In this document: positions 14,272 through 25,574 of the stretch, piece after piece
Layout: every line of letters begins with the position of its first letter
Position numbering within the stretch: the first letter of the stretch is position 1
From: Octopus sinensis
Taxonomy: Eukaryota
Direction of reading: 5' to 3'
NCBI RefSeq assembly: GCF_006345805.1
Contig: NC_042998.1
Coordinates: forward strand, 21,824,001-21,888,000
DNA: 64,000 bases
Notes under the pieces: generated by a model
Told to the model about the DNA's origin: nothing
Database searches by the model: none
Seen by the model: the letters and a program-made list of their open reading frames with translations, nothing else
Position numbers and translations under genes: made by a program

Positions 14272-14277
14272 ATAAAA

Positions 14278-14515
14278 TGAAAACTACATTGAGGAGACAG
14301 GAAGGAAAGTGACCAACCGTGTGATTGTGCATAAACAAGAAATTAGGGATTCAACTGTTAGGAATGTCCCATGCAGTGAACATCCACATGTCTATGGAAA
14401 TGTAAAATTTAAAATATTCCCATTTTACAAGATAAACGCTGAAAATGTACAACCACAAAATGCAAAAGAAGAATACTTTGAATAATTCTAAACCTGAAAT
14501 TAAACCGATAATAGG
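14278..14515 (+). mobile_element. PLE GIY-YIG endonuclease remnant
   Basis: NYIEETGRKVTNRVIVHKQEIRDSTVRNVPCSEHPHVYGNVKFKIFPFYKINAENVQPQNAKEEYFE*, matching the YIGETG..L..R..VHxQxIR...CSEH....FKIFPFYK pattern of PLE endonucleases. Confidence 0.75.
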
Positions 14516-14741
14516 CAACATTCCATATAACAAACATTGGTAAAAGAATATTTCTGACCAAAATCAAAAGTTTGAAAATAAACTGGAAATGATACTTCCA
14601 CAAAAATAACAACTTACTCTTTTAGAGGATGTGTGTTTGAAAAGGTTTTTAGGAAAGCACTCACACTCTAGAAAAGAACTTCTTCCCAAAAAAGGTTAGT
14701 AACATCATCATAAAAGATTTCATAACATTTAGTAAAACAAT

Positions 14742-14774
<33 letters not shown>

Positions 14775-14945
14775 TTCAAGAATAATCAGCCGAAATTGCA
14801 AGGATAATCTGGTTCTTGACTGAAGATAGAAAACTTCGAGTGACCCATCCTTGTTTTCTATCTGGATGTTTTGTTATCCCTTTTTGTATCACCGAGTTGT
14901 CCGGATGTTTTGTATTTATAATATATATATATATATATATATATA

Positions 14946-15131
14946 GTTAATCTAAACATGAAAACACAAAGAGAAAACACAACAACGCGAGGACGTGGAA
15001 CAAATATAGTATTATTGGACGTTCAGGAAAGAAGGAAAGAAGGAGGGTTTAATGTTTCGAGCAGAGTTCTTTGTCGGAAATACAGGAGAAGGAAAGATCC
15101 AGAGAAGAGAAGACAGACAAAAAAAAATCGA
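14946..15131 (-). mobile_element. ~200-bp hammerhead-bearing mini-element, family A (degenerate copy)
   Basis: Reverse copy of 26853-27057; the core reads CCGACAAAGAACTCTGCTCGAAACATTAAAC. Confidence 0.7.
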
Positions 15132-15779
15132 CACACGATGGGCTACTTTCAGTTTCTGTCTACCAAATCCACTCACAAGACTTTGGTCAGCCCAAGGCTA
15201 TAGCTTACCCAAGGTGCCACGCATTGAGACTGAACCTTGAACCATGTGGTTGGGAAGCAAGCTACTTACCACGCAGCCACTCCTGCACCTACATATATAT
15301 ATATATATAAGGAAGTTAATAATTGCTTATTATTAACAACTAATTGGTCATCTTTGCTTCTTACAACCATTTCAATTAATACTCAGTAATTTAATTACAA
15401 ATTTTACATCAAATTTACATTTATGTGATTTGAGTATAATTTCATTAGAGAAAAAAAAGTATGTACCTTCTTTTTACCTCTGATGAAATTATACTCATGT
15501 CACATAAATATGAATTTAATGTACAAATTTGTAATTAAATTATTGGGTATTAATTGAAATGGCTGTAAGAAGCGAAGAGGACCAATGTGTTAATAATAAA
15601 CAATTATTAACTTCCTTATCTCCATTTTCTTTTCTTCTTTTGAGTGGATATAAACTATATGCTTAATATATACCTATTGTTTTAAGGGTGTTTCATTCCC
15701 CAACAATACTAGGTATTGGACCAGTATTTCCTTGGATGTAGCCATCCCTTCATGAGGTTAACACATCCTCTAGTCAAAT

Positions 15780-16335
15780 ATCTGTTGAGGCAAGTGAAAT
15801 CAAAATCAAATTCGATGACTAGCGGGATGCAAAGAGCACCATACGAGTGTGATCGTTGACAGACTGGCTAACCGGCTTCCGTGCCAGTGGCACATAAAAG
15901 GCACCATTCGAGTGTGATCGTTACCAGCGTCGCCTTACTGGCATTTGTGCCCGTGCTAGTAGGGTGCCAAGAGCACCATCTGAGCATGATCGTTGACAGA
16001 GCGGCCAACTGGCTTCCGTGCCGGTGGCATGTAAAAGGGCACCATTTGAGTGTGATCATTACCAGCGTCGCCTGTGCTGGTGGCATATGTAAAAAGATTT
16101 GAGCGAGGTTATTGCCAGTACCGCCTGACTGCACCCCCTGTGCCGGTGGCACGGTAAAATAGCACCCACAACAACTTAGAGAGTGGTTTGCATTAGGAAA
16201 GGGTCTCAAGCTGTAGAAGACTCTGCCAGATCAAGATTAGACAGCCTGGTGCAAATGCCATCTGTGCATATGCCCATACCCATATCAAAATCGTCCAACC
16301 TATTGCTAGCATGGAAGCGGTACGTATAATACGAT
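15780..16335 (+). mobile_element. Family 3 retroposon, long copy with internal tandem repeats
   Basis: GGCAAGTGAAATC...GAGTGTGATCGTT repeats...GGTTTGCATTAGGAAAGGGTC...CCAACCTATTGCTAGCATGGAAGCGG; homologous to 52680-53240. Confidence 0.75.
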
Positions 16336-16696
16336 ATGATGATATAGTATATATATATTATATATATATATAGTTCCTTTGTGACCCAAATGCATAACAG
16401 TGCTCAGTATGTCTGTTTGTAAGCGGTACATATATCTCCATCCTTCATCCCTGTCACTGACACAATTCTACTATACTCAGAATAGCGGAATAGCAGAATA
16501 CTGTAGGAGACTTTATAAATATACAAAGGTGTTCAACATCATTCATATGATACTTTACAGTGTATTGTGTTTGTAAAAAATATATACGCTCACTGAATAT
16601 AATGATGTACGTGTGTTTTTAAATAGCTTTTACATGACTTTTTCATAATAACATTACTTAAAGTCTATATATGTACATCTGTTTATATATATATAT

Positions 16697-16872
16697 ATAC
16701 TAAATAATTAGGGTTCAGCAAAGATTTGCTTTATCACATACCGAAGTTTAGAAATAGCAGCAAAAAAAGGACTCCTTTTTAAGTAGAAGAAATAGCTAAC
16801 GTTTTTGGCTGCTATTTCTAAACTTCGGTATGTGGTAAAGCAAATCTTTGCTGAACCCTAATTATTTAGTAT
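16697..16872. repeat. Inverted repeat with ~70-bp arms (fold-back or MITE-like)
   Basis: ATACTAAATAATTAGGGTTCAGCAAAGATTTGCTTTATCACATACCGAAGTTTAGAAATAGCAGC pairs with 16808-16872 with one mismatch. Confidence 0.9.
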
Positions 16873-16978
16873 TACTTAAGTTTACCATGAAATGGTCCTG
16901 TTTTCATGCGAATTCTACTTGGTGAAATTATTGATTACTTCTTAATTAATTAATTAATTTTACTCTTTGTTATTATAT

Positions 16979-17031
<53 letters not shown>

Positions 17032-17159
17032 TGTGTATACAAAATAAATATATGGAATGCAATGTCATGTATGTGTGTGTGTGTGTGTGTGTGGTGTGTT
17101 TTAAATAAGTTCTTAAATGGCATTCTCTTAATGTGATTGCTTAATGTCATAATTTATAT

Positions 17160-17234
17160 GTATATCTGCCAAGCAACCTAGAGACATATCTATATCTATC
17201 TTCTGTCTGTCTGTCTGTCTGTCTATGTAGTTAC

Positions 17235-17286
<52 letters not shown>

Positions 17287-17760
17287 ATTTATCTATCCAT
17301 CCATCCATCCATCTATCTGCCTATCTTTCTATCTATCTGTCTGTCTTGCTGTCTGTCTGTCTGTCTGCCTGCCTGCCTGCCTGTCTGTCTGTCTGTCCGC
17401 CCACCCGTCCGTCCGTCCGTCTCCCTCTTTTTTTCTCTCCATATCTCACTCTGGATCTTTCCATTTATCTATCTGTCTGTCTGTCTGTCTCTGTGTTCCT
17501 ATCTGCCTATCTATTTGCCTATATTATTCTGTCTACCTGTCTGTTTATCTTTTCATCTATTTATATATCTATCTATCTAACTATCTACCTATCTGTCTAT
17601 CTCTCTGTCTGTCTGTCTGTCCATCCATCCATGTGGCTGTATCTGTCCGTCTGTCCGCCCTTCTATCTGTCCGCCTATCTTCCTATCATCCTACCTATCT
17701 GTCCATCGATCAATCAATCTGTCGGTCTGTCTGTCTGTTCTCTGACACCTGAACTGAGCC
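17160..17760. repeat. (ATCT)/(GTCT)/(GCCT) tetranucleotide field
   Basis: Direct reading; similar fields at 40220-40390, 43670-43770, 45335-45850 and 63550-63785. Confidence 0.95.
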
Positions 17761-18199
17761 ACTATAGGAGGCCAGGCAAGAGAAAGAGAGAGAGAGAGAA
17801 AGAGAGAGTTAAAGAGAAAAGAAAGGGAGAAAGCAAAAGCGAGACAGTGTGCGCGTGCGTGCGTGCATGTGTCTTTGTATGTGTGTGCACGTGTGTTTAT
17901 GCTATACCAAAATATTTACAAATAAAAACAAAAATATAAAGAATCCTCCATATTCTGTAAAAGTGAAGTGAGCATTGGCAATCAATAACCCTCACCAAAA
18001 ATGATTCTTCACCATCTTTTATGCTTTGATTGTACGCATCCTCTTGGTAATATATTTTCCCTCTCATCACCAATTTTCATGTCTATACTGCTGCACTTAA
18101 ACTCTGGTCCACATAACCAACATCTCTTGTTAAACAATAAAAGACACAGCTGACCACTAATCGGAGATTTTCATGGTTTTTTTAAAGGATAATTGTAAA

Positions 18200-19325
18200 G
18201 GCGTGTAGCATAGTGGTTAGGGTGGTTGACTGGTTAAGATGGCGAGCTGGCAGAAACGTTAGCACGCCGGGCGAAATGCTTAGCAGTATTTCGTCTGCTG
18301 CTACGTTCTGAGTTCAAATTCTGCCGAGGTCGACTTTGGCTTTCATCCTTTAAGGGTTGATTAAATAAGTACCAGTTACACACTGGGGTTGATATAATCG
18401 ACCTAATCCGTTTGTCCGTCCTTGTTTGTCCTCTCTGTGTTTAGCCCCTTGTGGGTAGTAAAGAAATAGGTATTTCGTCTGTCGCTACGTTCTGAGTTCA
18501 AATTCCGCCGAGGTCGACTTTGCCTTTCATCCTTTAGGGGTCAATTAAATAAGTTCCAGTTACGCACTGGGGTCGATGTAATCGACTTAATCCGTTTGTC
18601 TGTCCTCTCTGTGTTTAGCCCCTTGTGGGTAGTAAAGAAATAGGTATTTTGCCTGCCGTTACGTTCTGAGTTCAAATTCCACTGAGGTTGACTTTGCCTT
18701 TCATCCTTTTTGGGGGTCGATAAATTAAGTACCAGTTACGCACTGGGGTCGATATAATCGACTTAATCCGTTTGTCTGTCCTTGTTTGTCCTCTCTGTGT
18801 TTAGCCCCTTGTGGGTAGTAAAGAAATAGGTTAGGGTGGTTGACATATGATCATAAGGTTGTAAGTTCAATTATTGGTGGTGCATTGCCTCTTTGAGCAA
18901 GAAACTTTATTTCCTGCTGCTTCAGTCCACTCGGCTAGCAAAAATGAGTTGTACCTGTAATCCAAATAGCCAGCCTTGTCATATTCTGTACCACACAGTG
19001 CCAGATTTACCATTGTGTGTAGGTGTTCTGAAGCACGGGGCCCAATTTCACCAGGGGATGGGCTTGTCTTCCTGTCCAAAAAAGTTTTTACGATGAATTT
19101 CCTGAGCATGTACCCCTGACTTTCCAAGTAAGGGGCCTCATAACTTAACTGGCACATTTGTCATAAATCCGGCACTGCTGCCATGCTGAATTTCTCTGAG
19201 AACTATCATAAGGGAACCTGCATCTGTGGAGTACTCAGCCACTTGCACATTATCTTCACCAACAGGCTGTTCTGTTGATTGAATCACTTGGAGCAGTCTC
19301 CATCACAACCGACGAAGTGCCAGGC
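18200..19325 (+). mobile_element. Older CORE-like tRNA SINE, interrupted by the trimer
   Basis: A-box-like TAGCATAGTGG at ~18206, resumes at 18845 with a B-box-like GTAAGTTCAATT and a CORE-like CTTTGAGCAAGAAACTTTATTTC; related partial reverse copy near 61050-61200. Confidence 0.55.
18231..18828 (+). mobile_element. SINE family 1 head-to-tail trimer with 16-bp TSD
   Basis: One full head plus two units rejoined at AAAGAAATAG|GTATTT; TSD GGTTAGGGTGGTTGAC at 18215-18230 and 18829-18844. Confidence 0.85.
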
Positions 19326-20445
19326 CAAAGATTAATTCTACATAAACATGATCAAATGCCGTGAAATTTGGTCATCCAAAACCTCTAATCTTACACAAGA
19401 CTCTTATAAAATAAATGTAGCATAGATTATATGTATATTTTCCATTTATTTTGTTTTGATCTTCTGTATATTCTAGTGATTCCATTTGGAATGGTAAACT
19501 ATAAAGACTGCTAAAGAATTAATTTTGCTGTGAGATATTGATTACCAATGTCTTCCGTATTGCTAAGCAATATTGTGGTTTTGTTTATATTTGTGAATAT
19601 TTCAATACAGCGTCACACACGCTCACAAAAAGTTTGAATGGAAAACAGGCTTTAAATGATGATGAGAGAGAGAAAGAGAGAGGGTGAGAGAGAGAAAGGG
19701 TGAGAGAGAGAGAGAGAAAGAGAGAGGGTGAGAGAGAGAGAGAGAGAGAGAGATTGTCATATCTCATCAAACCATCTTTTTTTTTTCTTCAGATGTAGTA
19801 CATGTAGAATTATATTATCCAATGTGTGTCTTCTGTTTCCTTTGAAGAGAAAATGGTGTGGTTTGAGGGTGATCTTGCTGCTATTTCTAGCAAATAGACC
19901 AACTAAATTCGTGACCTCTTCATTGGCTTAACTTCTGCTAGAAATCAGAAGCGACTGATTACACTAAAATAATTTAATATTAAAAGATTAATTAAGAGCT
20001 TTAATCATTTTTGTATGTTACATAACAATATTTTTGAATGAACAAGGAATAATTTTGACTGACAGCTCAAAGCTAACCATTTAGCTTTCAAATTACTCTT
20101 TAATATACTTCGTAGTTTAACATGGTTGTAAAACGAAATATGGTGACCTTACCAGCAATTAATATGTACATACCAGTTGCCAGGAATGTCTTTAATATGT
20201 AAGATTGGTATATCTAATAGTGTTACACCACTAAACTTACATTTTAAAGCAATGTATTTGTGGATGGTTACCAGGTTACTGATGAAATAGTAATAACTCT
20301 TGAAATATGTATATACACCAATTATCTATTTTTTGATCTTTGATTGCATTGTTGTATATGAAGCATCATAACTTTCAGTTTTGGCTCTAATTTCTACAGA
20401 AAATCTGTACAGATGCACTTGAAAAAAAGAAAATCAAATTATTCA

Positions 20446-20515
20446 GGCATATGGTGTAGTGGTTAAGAGCGCAGTCTACTAACCCCAAAATTCTGAGTTC
20501 GATTCCAAGCAGTGA

Positions 20516-20551
<36 letters not shown>

Positions 20552-20708
20552 CATCGAAAAATACCTTAGGAATGAGAATCCAGGTTTGAAATTTCCTCAA
20601 GACACCTGACGAAGGCTGCTGGGTATATCAGCCGAAATGTTGATGAGGACAAATATCCGCCAAATGTAAAAAATGCAAATAATTCCTCATCTCTTAAATA
20701 TTGAACTG
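20446..20708 (+). mobile_element. tRNA-headed SINE containing a hammerhead-like motif
   Basis: A box TGGTGTAGTGG (20452-62), B box GAGTTCGATTCC (20495-506), (AAT)n, then GACAC-CTGACGA-A-GGCTG-loop-CAGCC-GAAA; reverse copy at 45112-45332 and a partial at ~36985-37035. Confidence 0.75.
20601..20645 (+). ncRNA. Minimal type-I hammerhead ribozyme variant (decayed copy)
   Basis: CTGACGA at 20606-12, helix II GGCTG/CAGCC, GAAA at 20634-37; helix III and helix I 3' strand mutated relative to the other copies. Confidence 0.5.
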
Positions 20709-20865
20709 TCAAGTATAATGTTTGAGATTTTTAGAATTACTTTTAGAATGACATTGTAGTGTAAGTGTGAGAAGCCAGATCTGGTCAGCATAAACATAAA
20801 ACCAGTTGAATATTTAGGTTGGATATGACTAATTCACATGCTAAAGGGCTAAAATGTATATATAT

Positions 20866-21278
20866 ATTTCTTTACTACCCACAAGGGGCTAAACACAGAG
20901 GGGACAAACAAGGAAAGACAAATGGATTAAGTTGATTACATCGACCCCAGTGCGAAACTGGTACTTTATTTATCAACCCCGAAAGGATGAAAGGCAAAGT
21001 CGACCTCAGCAGAATTAGAACTCAGTACATAACGACAGACGAAATACCTATTTCTTTACTACCCACAAGGGGCTAAATACAGAAGGGACAAACAAGGACA
21101 GACAAAGAGATTAAGTCGATTACATTGATCCCAGTGTGGAACTGGTACTTTATTTATCGACTCCGAAAGGATGAAAGGCAAAGTCGACCTCGGCGGAATT
21201 TGAACTCGGAACGTAACGACAGACGAAATACCGCTAAGCATTTCGCCCGGTGTGCTATCGTTTCTGCCAGCTTGCCGC
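20866..21278 (-). mobile_element. SINE family 1 head-to-tail dimer
   Basis: Two units joined at GACGAAATAC|CTATTTCTTT (reverse of AAAGAAATAG|GTATTTCGTC). Confidence 0.8.
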
Positions 21279-21719
21279 TAAAATTCTAAATGTGATAATG
21301 TAAATGGTTAGATATGTGTGAAATTATAAAATTTGCAAAGGAGTGTCTTTGCCGTTGAATAGTTATGGATAGACAGACTGGGTTAGGGTGAGAGACAGAA
21401 TGACTTCAAGTGGTCAATATATATTTTGCCTTGATGCTTCACATGGAATGATTACTTCTATTTCTGCTGCGTTTATTGTTGGCTTTAGCTTTGGTCTTGG
21501 CTGTAACATGTTGGCGATGGACAGTGAGAACAGGTTTCCCCCACAAGCACAAATGTTAATTTTATTGTGGTTATTAAATTATTTATTTAGTAATTCAATT
21601 TCATGTTATAAGTTATTGAAGATGTTTGAGTTGTGTTTTTCCCCCTCCAGCTTGTTGTTCAGTCAATAGACGCATCTTATTTAGAAGAGGTGTATCTAGA
21701 GCGTTAAATGCTCATAGTT

Positions 21720-21921
21720 ACTCTTTTACTTGCTTCAGTCATTTGACTGTGGCCATGCTGGAGCACCGCCTTTAGTCGAGCAAATCGACTCCCAGGACTT
21801 ATCCTCTGTATGCCTAGTACTTATTCTACCGGTCTCTTTTTGCCAAACTGCTAAGTTACAGGGACGTAAACACACCAGCATCGGTTGTCAAGCGATGTTG
21901 GGGGGACAAACACACACACAA

Positions 21922-21960
<39 letters not shown>

Positions 21961-22135
21961 CATACATATATACAATGGACTTCTTTCAGTTTCCATCTAC
22001 CAAATCCATTCACAAGGCTTTGGTCAGCCCGAGGCTATAGTAGAAGACACTTGCCCAAGGCACCATGCAGGGGGAATGAACCCGGAACAATGTGGTTAGT
22101 TAGCAAGCTACTTACCACACAGCCACTCCTGTGCC
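21720..22135 (-). mobile_element. tRNA-derived SINE family 2, full length
   Basis: Reverse of AGGAGTGGCTGTGTGGTAAG...GGGTTC...GGCACCTTGGGCAAGTGTCTTC...(TG)n...CCAGCATGGCCACAGTCAAATGACTGAAAC; more than a dozen copies in the window. Confidence 0.85.
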
Positions 22136-23365
22136 TATAGTTGGTTATCTTTTGTTTCAGTCATTAGATTGTGGCCATGCTGGGGCTTTAAAGAATTTCT
22201 TAGTGAAATGATTCAACCCCAGAACTTATTTTTTTCAAAGCCTGGTACTAATTCTATCAGTCTCTCTTTTGCTGAACTGCTGAGTGATGGGAATGTAAAC
22301 AAACCAGCAACAGTTGCAAGAAGTCGTGGGGGACAAGCACAGATACTCACACATGCACACATACATGGCAGGATTCTTTCAGTTTCCATCCACCAAATCT
22401 ACTCACAAGGCTTTGGTTGGCCCAAGGCTATAATAAAAAACACTCACCCAAAGTGTCCTGCAGTAGGACTGAACCTGGAATCATGTGGTTGGGAAGCAAG
22501 CTTCTTACCACACAGCAATACCTGCACCGATAGCAAATGGTTTTCATGGGTCATAACAATTTGTTTCTGAATAAATTTGTATGATACTTTTTCTGGTTAC
22601 AGTATATCTAAGACGGTTAGTTTCATTTAAGTTAGTTTCATTTATTTGTTAGTTTATTCTTTATAAGTGTTAATTTTCTTGATGGAATTGTTGATTAACA
22701 TGGGTAATTATTGATCTTGACATTTATCTAATTGAATTTGGTGTTACATTGTAATCAGGTCAAGGGTGGTTAAGTCTCTGATGTGGTCCAAGTGCAAACT
22801 ATTAGATTTGTATATTCCCAGGCAGCATTAGATTATATGTTTCCAAAGTTGTTTGACACTGATTGAAAAAGTGGTCCTGCCTAAATGTGTTGAAATCATG
22901 TTGATATCCATTAGACAGCTGAGGAGGGAATTCCCCGTTTAAGTTTATTCCTTAGTTGGTTGTTCTTAAGGGTGGCATTAGGAAGTGCATCCAGCTGTAG
23001 AAAACTATGCCAAATTAGACTGGAAGGCTGATGCAGCCTTCCAGCAAGCCAGCTCAGTCAAACTGTCCAACCCATGCCAGCATGGACAACAGATGTTAAA
23101 TGATGATCATTATGATGATGTGTGTGCATGTATGTGTATATGTATGTGTGTGTATGTATATATATACATACATACCATGGACAGGAAGCATTTCTACCAC
23201 TTCTACACACCACCTTCCTTGGATAATGGAACATCTTTATGCATTCTTATTTTTATTTCTACATTCATTCTCCTATTTCCCTATATACTCCTTATTTGCT
23301 TCCTTTTCCAAAATAACTCCTCATATTGAGCTCTAATATTTCCCTCTATTTAACCATCTCACATT

Positions 23366-23413
23366 GTCTCTGATGAGGGGATATCCCTAATATCCCAGAA
23401 ACAGCTGTAAGAC
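23366..23413 (+). ncRNA. Minimal type-I hammerhead ribozyme (PLE-type)
   Basis: Helix I GTCT/AGAC, core CTGATGA (23370-76), helix II GGGATAT/ATATCCC, GAAAC (23398-402), palindromic helix III ACAGCTGT, GUA cleavage triplet (23407-09); G.A mismatch at the base of helix II. Confidence 0.7.
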
Positions 23414-23870
23414 TAACTTTCTCTTTATAAATGTCTTGAAAATTAATTCCACACAGCCTTTGCTTTGTTGTCTCATTTTATTTAACATATACATGCTCAT
23501 ACAAGACCCGCATTAGACTCCTCACTCGTATCATTATCGGACCAAGAGTTTAACTATGTTTCTTCCATATCACTTATATGATGTTATCTGCCACCTTGGG
23601 TCTTCTGGATACCAATACCTCTCATATGTATATGAGTGTAACTGCCCGAAACAGTAAGGACTTCTGGTATACTTGACTGATGAAAGAAGGTCACGAATGA
23701 CCCGTCTTTTTTTCTCTGTCCTTCTAATTGTTGTTTCTCCTGTCTCTCTCCGTATCATCTATCTGTCTGAATGCTTTATTGTCCTCTATTACATTTTTGT
23801 TCCATTTTTTACATTTATATATATACATATATATGTATATATATATGTATATATATATGTATATATATAT

Positions 23871-24062
23871 CAGTCGCCATGATAGATCGTTAGCCACTAC
23901 ACACATTTTTTTCCCTCCTTGTTTTTTTCTTTGTCCCTTTCTGAAGAAGAGCGTAGGCTCAAAATGTAAAAGACTTTTTCTATTCCTGAGCGTTATACTA
24001 ATACATCTGTTTGTTTTGTACACCACCTGTCTTCGTCTTTTGTTTTTTTCATAAACTCTCCC

Positions 24063-24063
<1 letters not shown>
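23871..24063 (+). mobile_element. Mini-element family B with hammerhead-like core, between (TA)n tracts
   Basis: CTTT-CTGAAGA-A-GAGC-GTAG-GCTC-AAAATGTA-AAAG (23937-23972); helix I CTTT/AAAG and helix II GAGC/GCTC intact, GAAAC mutated. Confidence 0.55.
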
Positions 24064-24093
<30 letters not shown>

Positions 24094-25249
24094 GTATGTA
24101 TGTATGTGTGTGTATATGTAGGTTTTCTTTCATAATCTTAGAGTTCTGTGTTTATCATAGCCAAGCGAACATTTGATCAGTAGCAGTTTTTCAGTTTAAT
24201 ATCAAAAACCATAAAACAAAATACTTATAGGAAATGCTTTAATAATTTTCTTGAAAATTTCGAAAATTGACAAAAAATAAAAAAAAATAAAAATGAACAA
24301 AAACTAATCAAAAACAATAAATACTACAAAAATAAAAACAAAATAAAGAAATATGATTGCCAAACAAAAAATAATAATAATAATAATAAACTGCCACAAG
24401 ACATTTTTTCTTGTTGTTGATTAAGTTTGACAGTGAACCATTTTGGTTTGTGAATTCTTCATTGATGTACGGCATGAGGAAAGCCATGGCAATTAAAAGA
24501 CGCTGTTTATTGCCTTTTCCCTTTGTCTCAGTTATCTTAATAGTAGAGAAACGAACATTCTGTTTAATTAAACATTGGATTTAGTCATGCGACGATGGTG
24601 ACGGCGGTGATGCCGACGATGGTGACAACGGCTATGATGACAATGACAACGACGAAGATGGTGACAATGATGATGTTGATGGTGGTGGTGGTGGTAGGAG
24701 AGCTATGCCGGCACTTGAAGAAGGATAAAAGAAGCTACTGTTTAAATTATAATCAAAACGTCTTGGCTTTCTTCCCCACCTTCGCCATCGCTAACACACC
24801 CAGTCACCACTCTCTTCTCTGTTTTGGTCTGTCTATCTGTTTATATTATATATATACATGTGTGTGTATATGTATGTATATGATATATATATATATAGAA
24901 TAATAGATATATATTATATATATATATATATATATACATATATAATATATAATCTAGATATATATATAATATATATACCTATATATATATATATATATAT
25001 CATATATAATATATATATAATTATATATATATATATTATATTATAATATTATATACATTACATAGACACACACCGTATATATATAGATGGTGTGTGTGTG
25101 TTAAATATTAATGTATTCAGATACACACACACACACACACATGTGATATTATATATGTAATTTATATATGTTGTAGTTATATATATATATATATATGTAT
25201 ATATGTACATTTATATATATGTATATTTATATATATTTATGTATATTTT

Positions 25250-25289
<40 letters not shown>

Positions 25290-25526
25290 CATTTATATAT
25301 TATTTATTTATTATATATATATATATTATGTTGTACATTTATATATATTTTTATATATAATATATATATATATATTATGAATAGTGTAATATATATATAT
25401 AACATATCTACTAATATGTTTGTACATATATATGTATATATGTGCATGTATATATCTCCAAATATATGTATAAATAAATATATACACATGTGTATATACA
25501 GCCACATATATGTGTATATGTATCTC

Positions 25527-25574
<48 letters not shown>

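Noticed and set aside
17950-18140. Minus-strand RCWLCGPEFKC...RGC peptide as a Ly6/three-finger exon
   Set aside because: Cysteine spacing is incomplete and no partner exons were found
21388-21669. 93-aa ORF with a hydrophobic stretch
   Set aside because: No recognisable motif, weak splice sites, and equally plausible readings on the opposite strand
22560-22950. Possible further retroelement coding remnant
   Set aside because: Many stops and no diagnostic motif could be read
23670-23705. CTGA(T/A)GA...GAA(T/G)GAC motifs here, at 14816-14850 and at 27160-27190 (minus)
   Set aside because: Probably one more PLE-terminus family, but GAAA and the helices are too degenerate to call a ribozyme
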